In this document: positions 54,934 to 64,000 of the stretch, piece by piece | Position numbering within the stretch: position 1 is the first letter of the stretch | Layout of the letters: each line of letters opens with the position of its first letter | From: an uncultured Acidobacteriota bacterium | GTDB taxonomy: Bacteria > Acidobacteriota > Vicinamibacteria > Vicinamibacterales > UBA8438 | Length of the DNA stretch: 64,000 nucleotides | Direction of reading: 5' to 3' | Assembly (NCBI GenBank): GCA_913043225.1 | Contig: CAJWLU010000003.1 | Coordinates: 139,545-203,544 of the forward strand | The notes under the pieces: generated by a model | What the model was told of the DNA's origin: nothing | The model's database searches: none | What the model saw: the letters and a program-made list of their open reading frames with translations, nothing else | Position numbers and translations under genes: made by a program

Positions 54934-55401
54934 CTACTGATGAAGCTCGACGCCCTGGGCGACGAAGCTTACTTCGGTTGCCGTGCCGTCAGGGTTTCGA
55001 GTCAGCGCGACACCCTCGGCGATGAGGTGATCCGCGTCGGCTTTGGAGAAGACGTTCGTTTCCAGGCGGCCTTCGAGGCGAGCTCGTTGTCCGGCTGAGT
55101 CCGTGGGGACGAAGAAGGCGTAGTCTCTGAAAGTTACCCGGATTCCACGGTCGTCGCCAGGCCTGACTAACTCCATCCAGCAGCCCTTGACCTGACAGAC
55201 CCGCTTGACTTCTCCCTCGAGCGTCAGCAGACGATCCGCATACTGGTCAGCCTGTTCGACAGCTTCGTCAAGCCCAATCGCTGGGGAGCCGCCGAGCCTG
55301 GTTCCTCGGGTCACGATGTTCTGGGCGGTGGCCGAGCCTATCGAAAGCACTGCGGCGATGGTGAATGCGCTGATCTGACGAGTAGGGCGTAGTGATATCA
55401 C
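54934..55401 (-). CDS. Secreted DUF4920-like protein
   Basis: 155 aa with a signal peptide (FTIAAVLSIGSATAQ). Characteristic block EGEVKRVCQVKGCWMEL. Confidence 0.7.
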   Translation of the reverse strand: MISLRPTRQISAFTIAAVLSIGSATAQNIVTRGTRLGGSPAIGLDEAVEQADQYADRLLTLEGEVKRVCQVKGCWMELVRPGDDRGIRVTFRDYAFFVPTDSAGQRARLEGRLETNVFSKADADHLIAEGVALTRNPDGTATEVSFVAQGVELHQ

Positions 55402-55511
55402 CTAAGGTCCCTTCTGTGAGCGTCGGACAGAGCTTTAGCATAGCAGAAGCCGATCCGACCGCGAGGTGAGCGGTGAGGTCTGTGCAAGCGTACCTAAGAG
55501 TTTTTGATTTA

Positions 55512-55540
55512 TTGAGATTGAGACTCAGTCTCAATATGTT
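55512..55540. promoter_or_regulatory. Palindromic operator embedded in divergent sigma70-like promoters (site 2)
   Basis: ATTGAGA (55517-55523) ctcag TCTCAAT (55529-55535). The plus strand reads TTGAGA(55512-55517)-17 nt-TATGTT(55535-55540) and the minus strand reads TTGAGA-17 nt-TAAATC. It lies between the DUF4920 gene (start 55401) and the flavodoxin gene (start 55818). Confidence 0.5.
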
Positions 55541-55817
55541 ATATGTAGAGACCCACCTGCCGGGTAGGTGGGTGTAGCGGGATATCGGGGAAAGGGGACC
55601 CCAGATAGATGCCCGTGGGGCGAGGCAACGCCCCACGGGCCGTCGAACCTGCATCGGCCGTCTGAGAGCGAATCAAACGGGTAACCAGCGTCGTCCGACC
55701 TAGCGAATGTAGCACACCGTTGGACGGCTGCTGCGGCCACTTTCTGCATGCGTGCATCTACGGCGGACCAGGTCGAGGATCAGCACGGTGTAGCTACTTC
55801 CCCAAGGACCTCAATAC

Positions 55818-56378
55818 ATGGAAGCGTCAATCGCCATCTTCTTCGGATCCACCACCGGCAGTACACAGATGGTCGCGGAAAAGATCCGTGATCTCCTGGG
55901 TGAGCGGCTCTCTCACCTCGCCGATGTGAACACGGCGGAAGCGTCTGAACTCGAGCAGTACGACGTGATCTTCTTCGGAGTGCCAACGTGGAACGTTGGT
56001 GAGATGCAGGATGACTGGGCCGATTTCATTCCCAATATGTCGGAACTGAACCTTGCAGGAAAGAAGGTTGCCTTCTTTGGGGTTGGCGATGCGGTCGGCT
56101 ACGCCGAGAACTTTCTGGATGCTATGGGCGAGCTCTGGGCGGCCGTGTACGCACAAGGCGCGCCGACACTGGTAGGCGTGTGGCCGACCGACGGATACGT
56201 GTTCGAAGCATCGAAAGGGCTTTACGACGACAACCATTTCCTCGGCGTGGGTCTCGACGAAGACAACGAATCTCACCTAACAGATGAGCGACTGGACCTC
56301 TGGCTTGCGCAGGTGCTCCAGGAGCTGGCCTTGGTTGAGGCCGCAGGAGAGGCCGTCGACGAGGCGGTTGCTCAGTAG
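55818..56378 (+). CDS. Long-chain flavodoxin
   Basis: [22 protein letters not shown]-phosphate loop. [14 protein letters not shown] and [14 protein letters not shown]...[10 protein letters not shown] closely follow the FldA/IsiB pattern. Confidence 0.9.
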   Translation: MEASIAIFFGSTTGSTQMVAEKIRDLLGERLSHLADVNTAEASELEQYDVIFFGVPTWNVGEMQDDWADFIPNMSELNLAGKKVAFFGVGDAVGYAENFLDAMGELWAAVYAQGAPTLVGVWPTDGYVFEASKGLYDDNHFLGVGLDEDNESHLTDERLDLWLAQVLQELALVEAAGEAVDEAVAQ

Positions 56379-56406
56379 CCGTTGGTGCTATGCAGGAAGG
56401 AGAATA

Positions 56407-57012
56407 ATGATGAACTACACCGGGCCCAAAGTGCGTCTGAGTCGAAAGCTGGGCGTCGCCCTGACCCCGAAGGGGCAGGTGGCGATGGAGAAACGGCCGG
56501 GGCGACCTGGCCAACATGGTGGGATGCGTCGCCGCCGGCAGGAGACGTCTTACGGAAAACAACTGCTCGAAAAGCAGCGTCTACGCTTTCAGTACAACGT
56601 ACACGAACGTCAGATGCGCACCTACTTTAAGCGGGCGATGCGGAGAGAGGGACCGACTGGAGATAACCTCGTTCAGCTTCTCGAATCGAGACTTGACGCC
56701 CTCGTATATCGGGCGGGTTTGGCCCGTACGATCTACGCGGCACGTCAGTTCGTTAATCACGGCCATATCGACGTCGATGGCAAGCGTGTCGACATTCCCT
56801 CCTTCAGCGTTCGCATCGGCCAGACCGTTGGAGTCCGAGAGAAATCCCGTCAGCTGGATTGCTTTCGGGACGGACTGGGACTAGAGAGCGCGCCTGCCTA
56901 TCTGAGGGTGGCAGACACCGAGCTTTCGTTCACGAAAGACCGCGAGCCGGAAAGAGACGAAGTTCCGGTCATTTGTGACGTTCGCCAGGTGGTCGAGTTC
57001 TATTCCCGCTGA
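56407..57012 (+). CDS. rpsD: 30S ribosomal protein S4
   Basis: ATG at 56407 (RBS GGAAGGAG) gives [16 protein letters not shown]... Also [36 protein letters not shown], an S4 domain, and a C-terminal VVEFYSR. Confidence 0.93.
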   Translation: MMNYTGPKVRLSRKLGVALTPKGQVAMEKRPGRPGQHGGMRRRRQETSYGKQLLEKQRLRFQYNVHERQMRTYFKRAMRREGPTGDNLVQLLESRLDALVYRAGLARTIYAARQFVNHGHIDVDGKRVDIPSFSVRIGQTVGVREKSRQLDCFRDGLGLESAPAYLRVADTELSFTKDREPERDEVPVICDVRQVVEFYSR

Positions 57013-57286
57013 CGTCTGTTTTTGGGTCGAGTCTGGCTCAGCTAACTGGTGATGACCAGCTGGAAGGGGTGTGGTTGATGTCGTTCGGTAGTTCTCCGAG
57101 CTGCCAGTGTTGATAGTAAGGCTGTTGACGATTCGAGACTCGTCCTTGTCACGCGTGCGACGCTGCTGATGAGGGCGGGGCGTAACTCTGAACGGCGAGC
57201 GTCGGTCAACGGCCGCTAGCCGGGTTCTTCAGGAATTTCCGTGACTAGGCCGGACCAGAATAAGTATCCGGCTCCCACGAGAGCGT

Positions 57287-57592
57287 CTAACGGGCCGCCG
57301 CTCGTTTACCGAAAAGCCTACCGACAGCTTGCATCCGCTGCCAGAAAAAGTCGAACTGCCCGAGCAGCGTGCCGTACCCGATCAGGAAGAGGTGATACAT
57401 CGGAACCATCACCACGAGGTAGACGGTCCACTGTACCCATCTCTGGGCATCCGGCGGTAGCAGGAAGGCGATGAGTGGAGCCTTCACCAGTACCGTCGAC
57501 GTGCCAGCCAGCGAGAAGGCCACCAGGACGGCGACGGTGCGCCAGAGTGTCAAGCGCCAGCGCTCCTGCATGCGCTGCAGGGTCGCTTTCAT
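57287..57592 (-). CDS. Hypothetical small membrane protein
   Basis: 101 aa with 2-3 TM segments (TVAVLVAFSLAGTSTVLV, VQWTVYLVVMVPMYHLFLIGYGTLL). Its start overlaps the stop of the upstream small gene (TAATG). Confidence 0.5.
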   Translation of the reverse strand: MKATLQRMQERWRLTLWRTVAVLVAFSLAGTSTVLVKAPLIAFLLPPDAQRWVQWTVYLVVMVPMYHLFLIGYGTLLGQFDFFWQRMQAVGRLFGKRAAAR

Positions 57593-57798
57593 TACTGAGA
57601 GTCGCTATCGGAGTCTGTGCCGTCGCCGCCGCTGCTCGGGCAGGCCGCCGTCATGGCCGCGCTCACGCCGATGGCTCCGGCGATCACCGTCTTGGCCAGG
57701 AATGAGCGCCGGTCCACGCGGGCCGTCTGAATGTCGCTGTCGGACAGCGTGGCGGTCCCATCCTTCAGTTTCTTCGCTTCCGGGTGTCTGGTCGTCAT
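57592..57798 (-). CDS. 68-aa protein consisting almost entirely of a Tat signal peptide, a lipobox-like Cys and an acidic 16-aa tail
   Basis: ATG at 57798 is preceded by GGAGA. MTTRHPEAKKLKDGTATLSDSDIQTARVDRRSFLAKTVIAGAIGVSAAMTAACPSSGGDGTDSDSDSQ contains the twin-arginine motif RRSFLAK and the h-region, then TAAC. Confidence 0.5.
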   Translation of the reverse strand: MTTRHPEAKKLKDGTATLSDSDIQTARVDRRSFLAKTVIAGAIGVSAAMTAACPSSGGDGTDSDSDSQ

Positions 57799-57862
57799 TG
57801 GTCTTGTCTCCTGATTGTCCGAAGGCATCGGCCTAGCTTGACCGGCACCTCGAGTAGCATGT

Positions 57863-57898
57863 AATTTACACCGTATGAGATTGAGACTCAATCTCATA
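57863..57898 (-). promoter_or_regulatory. Palindromic operator embedded in a sigma70-like promoter (site 3)
   Basis: ATGAGATTGAG (57875-57885) a CTCAATCTCAT (57887-57897), an 11-1-11 palindrome. It shares the 14-nt string GAGATTGAGACTCA with site 2. The minus strand reads TTGAGT-17 nt-TAAATT, about 65 nt upstream of the Tat-signal ORF. Confidence 0.45.
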
Positions 57899-58137
57899 TT
57901 TCTCTAGTGAAATCTGCCCTGAGTCCATTCCTCGAGGGGGTGTGCATCCAGCCGGTTGAAACCTCGCAGGCCGGCGACCTGCTTTTCATGCCTCGGCGAC
58001 AGATGAGGTCGACAATCCAGAGCTTTCTGCCTTCGATCTGGGCGCCCTGATTCTAGAGGTCGCCTGGGGACAGCTTGCTGGCGAGCGTGCCGAACTGAGT
58101 AGCGTCCATTTGCTACAGTGAGTTTCGACGAAAAGGG

Positions 58138-58225
58138 TGGTGCGGAAGGGGGGATTTGAACCCCCATGAGCCATTGGCTCGCTAGCCCCTCAAGCTAGTG
58201 CGTCTGCCAGTTCCGCCACTTCCGC
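58138..58225 (-). tRNA. tRNA-Leu (anticodon GAG), CCA encoded
   Basis: The reverse complement GCGGAAGTGGCGGAACTGGCAGACGCACTAGCTTGAGGGGCTAGCGAGCCAATGGCTCATGGGGGTTCAAATCCCCCCTTCCGCACCA folds as a cloverleaf. It has a 7-bp acceptor stem, anticodon stem CTAGC/GCTAG with loop TTGAGGG, a long variable arm and a GGTTCAAATCC T-loop. Confidence 0.9.
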
Positions 58226-58252
58226 TCGGGTGGGTGCGGTGGGTGCACCGCC

Positions 58253-58639
58253 CTACTGTGGTGCGGCTGGTGTGTCTGCTGCTTCCTCGGAGGTTTCGGC
58301 CGGGGCTTCCGCCGGCGTGTCTGGCGCTGGAATCTCGACCGGCGCGGTCGCCGGCGCGGCGGTCGGTAGGCCTGGGCCGTCGACGCCGCTCAACACCGAT
58401 CCGGTGGAACTTTGCCCCGTGATGGCGAGTGCCATCGCCCCCACCATAAACAGAATGCCGAGCACCGTGGTGGCCCGTGTCAATACCGTGGCGCCGGCAC
58501 GGGCGCCGAACGCGGTCTGACTGCCGCTTCCGCCGAAGGCGGCCGCAATGTCGCCTCCTTTGCCCTGCTGCATCAGCACAACGGCCACGAGCAAGAGACA
58601 GGTAACCACGTACAGTGCGTTGAGAAGAATGCCCACCAT
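58253..58639 (-). CDS. secG: Preprotein translocase subunit SecG (with an extended Pro/Ala/Glu-rich C-terminus)
   Basis: ATG at 58639 gives MVGILLNALYVVTCLLLVAVVLMQQGKGGDIAAAFGGSGSQTAFGARAGATVLTRATTVLGILFMVGAMALA, the canonical SecG pattern. Confidence 0.85.
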   Translation of the reverse strand: MVGILLNALYVVTCLLLVAVVLMQQGKGGDIAAAFGGSGSQTAFGARAGATVLTRATTVLGILFMVGAMALAITGQSSTGSVLSGVDGPGLPTAAPATAPVEIPAPDTPAEAPAETSEEAADTPAAPQ

Positions 58640-58676
58640 AACCGACCCAGTATATCGCGCCTGACGCCGATCGCTA

Positions 58677-59441
58677 CTACCTCTTCGGCCGGCTCGCGGC
58701 CACGATTTCGGCAAAGCTCGTCGGCTCGAGACTGGCGCCGCCCACTAGGGCGCCGTCCACGTCCGCCCGTTCCATCAGCTCCGCCGCGTTGGCAGGCTTG
58801 ACGCTGCCACCGTAGAGGATGCGGCAGGCGGCAGCCGCTGTTTGACCGAACGCCAGCGCAAGCTGCTCCCGGATGTATCGATGGGCTTCGTCGGCCTGAT
58901 CTGGCGTGGCGACCTTGCCGGTGCCGATCGCCCAGACAGGTTCGTAGGCCACCACCAACTCGGTGACCTGCGCCGGGGTTAGCTGGGCGAGGCCGTCCCC
59001 GATCTGCCGGTCTAGCACGCCGAAGGTGTGTCCCGATTCCCGCTCCGCCAGCGTTTCCCCGACACAGACGATGGGCGTCAGCCCGGCCGCGAGCGTGGCC
59101 CGTGTCTTGGTATTGACGCCGGCGTCGGTCTCACCGAAGAGCTGCCGTCGCTCGGAGTGTCCGATGATCGCGAGCTGAACCCCGGACGCCTGGAGCATGC
59201 TCAGACTTACCTCGCCGGTGAATGCCCCGTGCGGCTCGGCGCTCACGTTCTGGGCGGCGACGCGGACCCGGCTCTCCGAGACGGCCTCGACCAGCGCCGG
59301 CAGAGCCAGGAACGATGGCGCTACCACGATGTCCATATCGGTGACGTCGTGCACGAGCGGTGTGAAGGCGCCGGCGTACTCCACCGCTTCGGCCACGGTC
59401 TTGTGCATCTTCCAGTTCGCGGCGACGAACGGTTTTCGCAT
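58677..59441 (-). CDS. tpiA: Triosephosphate isomerase
   Basis: FVAANWKMHK, IIGHSERR, AYEPVWAIGTG, ILYGGSV. Confidence 0.93.
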   Translation of the reverse strand: MRKPFVAANWKMHKTVAEAVEYAGAFTPLVHDVTDMDIVVAPSFLALPALVEAVSESRVRVAAQNVSAEPHGAFTGEVSLSMLQASGVQLAIIGHSERRQLFGETDAGVNTKTRATLAAGLTPIVCVGETLAERESGHTFGVLDRQIGDGLAQLTPAQVTELVVAYEPVWAIGTGKVATPDQADEAHRYIREQLALAFGQTAAAACRILYGGSVKPANAAELMERADVDGALVGGASLEPTSFAEIVAASRPKR

Positions 59442-59444
59442 CCT

Positions 59445-60650
59445 TCAGTCCATTTCCTCTCCGGCATCCGGGAGTACATGGACTCCGGGCAGCGTGCGAC
59501 CTCCCAGCAGTTCCAGCGAAGCGCCGCCACCGGTGGAGACGTGCGTGATGGCGTCGGCGACCCCGGCGCGGCCAATCGCTGCCACCGAGTCACCGCCCCC
59601 GACCACCGAACGAGCCGCACTCTCGGCCACCGCCTTGGCTACGGCCACGGTCCCCGGAGCGAACGGCTCGACCTCGAACACCCCCATCGGCCCGTTCCAC
59701 ATGATCGTCTTGGCTCCCGCGATCACCTCCGCGTAGCGAGCTATGGTCGTCGGACCGATGTCCACCCCGAGCCGCTCGCCGATGGCCGGATCGTCGACGG
59801 CCAGGGTCTCGTGCGTCGTGTCCGCGTCGAGCGATGGCGCGACGACATGGTCTCGCGGGAGTTCCAGTCGAACGCCGCGGCTCGTCGCCTCGTCGAGGAT
59901 GCGTCGTGTCGTCTCGATCAGGTCTGGCTCAACCAGCGAGCGTCCGACCGGGAGGCCCTGGGCCAGGAAGAAGGTGTAGGCCATGGCTCCGCCGACGAGC
60001 AACGCGTCGACCCGACCGAGGAGATTGTCGATGACCTCGAGTTTCCCCGACACCTTGGCGCCGCCCAGGATGGCGATAAACGGTTGGGCCGACTGGCTCA
60101 GCAGTCCACCCAGGTGCTTGAGCTCGGCCGCCATGAGCAGGCCGGCGGCCGCGTCGTGCAGGTGGTTGACGATGCCGGCGGTTGAGGCGTGGGCGCGATG
60201 GGCAGCCCCGAACGCGTCGTTCACGTAGCAGTCGGCCGATTCAGCGAGCTGGTGGGCGAAGTCCCGATCGTTGCTTTCCTCGCCCTGGTGAAACCGCAGG
60301 TTCTCGAGCAGTACGATGCGTCCGCTGCCGACCTGCGCCAGAGCCGCCTTCACTGGTGCGCCGACGCAGTCGTCCGCAAATACCACCGGCCGGCTCAGCA
60401 CCTGTTCCAGATGTACGGCCACCGGTTTCAGGCTGAACGCCGGGTTGGACTTTCCCTTCGGTCGACCCAGATGAGAGCCGACGACGACGGTCGCGCCACG
60501 GTCGAGGGCGTGCCGCAGCGTTGGTAGGGCCGCCCGGATTCGGGTGTCGTCCCCGATGATGCCATCCCGGATCGGAACGTTAAAGTCGACACGGATGAAC
60601 ACCAGCCGCCCGTCCAGGGCAAGGTCGTGGATCGTCCGCTTCGCGATCAT
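59445..60650 (-). CDS. pgk: Phosphoglycerate kinase
   Basis: ATG at 60650 gives MIAKRTIHDLALDGRLVFIRVDFNVPI. Also SHLGRPKG and GGGDSVAA. Confidence 0.93.
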   Translation of the reverse strand: MIAKRTIHDLALDGRLVFIRVDFNVPIRDGIIGDDTRIRAALPTLRHALDRGATVVVGSHLGRPKGKSNPAFSLKPVAVHLEQVLSRPVVFADDCVGAPVKAALAQVGSGRIVLLENLRFHQGEESNDRDFAHQLAESADCYVNDAFGAAHRAHASTAGIVNHLHDAAAGLLMAAELKHLGGLLSQSAQPFIAILGGAKVSGKLEVIDNLLGRVDALLVGGAMAYTFFLAQGLPVGRSLVEPDLIETTRRILDEATSRGVRLELPRDHVVAPSLDADTTHETLAVDDPAIGERLGVDIGPTTIARYAEVIAGAKTIMWNGPMGVFEVEPFAPGTVAVAKAVAESAARSVVGGGDSVAAIGRAGVADAITHVSTGGGASLELLGGRTLPGVHVLPDAGEEMD

Positions 60651-60658
60651 TGCTCGTA

Positions 60659-63130
<2,472 letters not shown>

Positions 63131-63131
<1 letters not shown>

Positions 63132-64000
63132 TGCAGCACCTGCTGGCCCGTCTCTACGCTGCCGCGGCTCGTCGCCGTCGTCGGTACTTTGCCACCCATC
63201 CTTCCGCGCGGCGCCGCCTGCGGTGTCCGGTCGTGAGCGTCGGAGCGCTCAGTGCGGGTGGCAGTGGGAAGACCCCGGTAGCAGCGGTGGTAGCTCGTCG
63301 CCTGGTGGCGATGGGCGAGCGTCCGGCGTTGCTGAGTCGTGGCTATCGCCGCGCGGACCCGGTCGAGGGCGTGGTGGTCGTGCGCGATCATTCGACCGTG
63401 CGCGGGACCCTCGAGACCGCCGGCGACGAACCGTGGATGCTGGCCCAGCAGCTCGACGGTGTCGCGGTCGTGGTCGCGCCCGATCGCCATCTCGCGGGAA
63501 CGCTCGCCGAGTCTCACTTGGGCGCCACCGTGCACGTGCTAGATGATGGGTTTCAGCATTTCGCCCTTGAACGGTGTGTCGATCTGGTGGTGGTCCGGCC
63601 CCACGACCTCGAAGACGCTGTCTTGCCCGCAGGGAAGTTGCGTGAGGCGTTGACGACCGCGGTCGAGGCGGATGCCGTTCTCGTCGTTGATCCCGATGCC
63701 GGGGTTCGCGCCGGCGTGGCCGAACGGCTCGGTGTCACCACCTGTTTCGGTGTCACGACGACCCTCCAGCCTCCTGTCGTTCGGTCGCCCGCCGCGGCGG
63801 AGGAGCAGGTACTCGTTGGTGTGCCGGTCTTCGCCGTGGCAGGGATTGCCGACCCCGGCCGTTTTGTGCGCGACCTATCCAGTGCCGGTTGGGCGCCGGT
63901 TGGCAGCGCGCTCTTCCCTGACCACCATCCCTACACAGAGGCGGACATCCAGCGCTGTGTCCGCCAGGCGGCCGCCGCTGGCGCCGAGCTGATCGTCACG
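63131..64000 (+). CDS. lpxK: Tetraacyldisaccharide 4'-kinase (partial, runs off the window)
   Basis: My own translation from the ATG at 63131 (overlaps the waaA stop, TGATG): MQHLLARLY...VVSVGALSAGGSGKTPVAAVVARRLVAMGERPALLSRGYRR...GDEPWMLA...VLDDGFQH. The P-loop and LpxK blocks are present. There is no stop within the window. Confidence 0.85.

Noticed and set aside
57904-58174. ORFs of 87 and 62 aa overlapping the tRNA-Leu region
   Set aside because: They overlap the tRNA gene and its flank, and one reads through the tRNA sequence itself.
58138-58225. tRNA-Leu as an integration site for a genomic island
   Set aside because: There is no integrase, no direct repeat of the tRNA 3' end, and no mobility genes on either side. 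The flanking gap-pgk-tpiA-secG block is a conserved housekeeping arrangement.
59028-60185. 385-aa plus-strand ORF
   Set aside because: It is antisense to tpiA and pgk, both of which have unambiguous signatures, and it has no motifs of its own.

Overview
This is a high-GC (roughly two-thirds G+C by eye) chromosomal segment from a diderm bacterium. The diderm call rests on the LPS genes waaA and lpxK, several outer-membrane beta-barrels and a TonB-dependent receptor. The phylum cannot be assigned without a database search. I found no transposase, integrase, CRISPR array or rRNA, and one tRNA, tRNA-Leu(GAG). About 65 genes can be supported.

Main gene content:
- A conserved gap-pgk-tpiA-secG-tRNA-Leu block, plus waaA-lpxK, lysC and rpsD.
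- A six-gene cluster resembling the Pseudomonas itaconate-degradation locus.
- An M16 peptidase pair, an M1 aminopeptidase and an ABC exporter pair.
- An orphan Dam-type methyltransferase.
- A porin / CuA-cupredoxin / di-heme (DUF1111) operon.

Most interesting signals:
1. A near-identical palindrome (ATTGAGA-N5-TCTCAAT core) sits inside sigma70-like promoters at three intergenic sites between 53.5 and 57.9 kb. The sites lie in front of a TonB-receptor operon, a flavodoxin gene and a tiny Tat-signal protein. I read this as a Fur-family, iron-responsive regulon.
2. The operon behind site 1 encodes a secreted tandem CbiX-like chelatase, a beta-propeller, a TonB-dependent receptor and a small Cys/His protein.
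3. A HemN-like radical SAM protein has a non-canonical Cx7Cx2C motif.
4. An unlisted 59-aa ORF is translationally coupled between an O-methyltransferase and an amidase.
5. The window holds an unusually high number of frameshifted or truncated gene remnants.

All functional calls come from motif recognition by eye in the supplied translations and my own translations. No searches were run. Many long ORFs in the track are antisense or alternative-frame artefacts of high GC content and were discarded.
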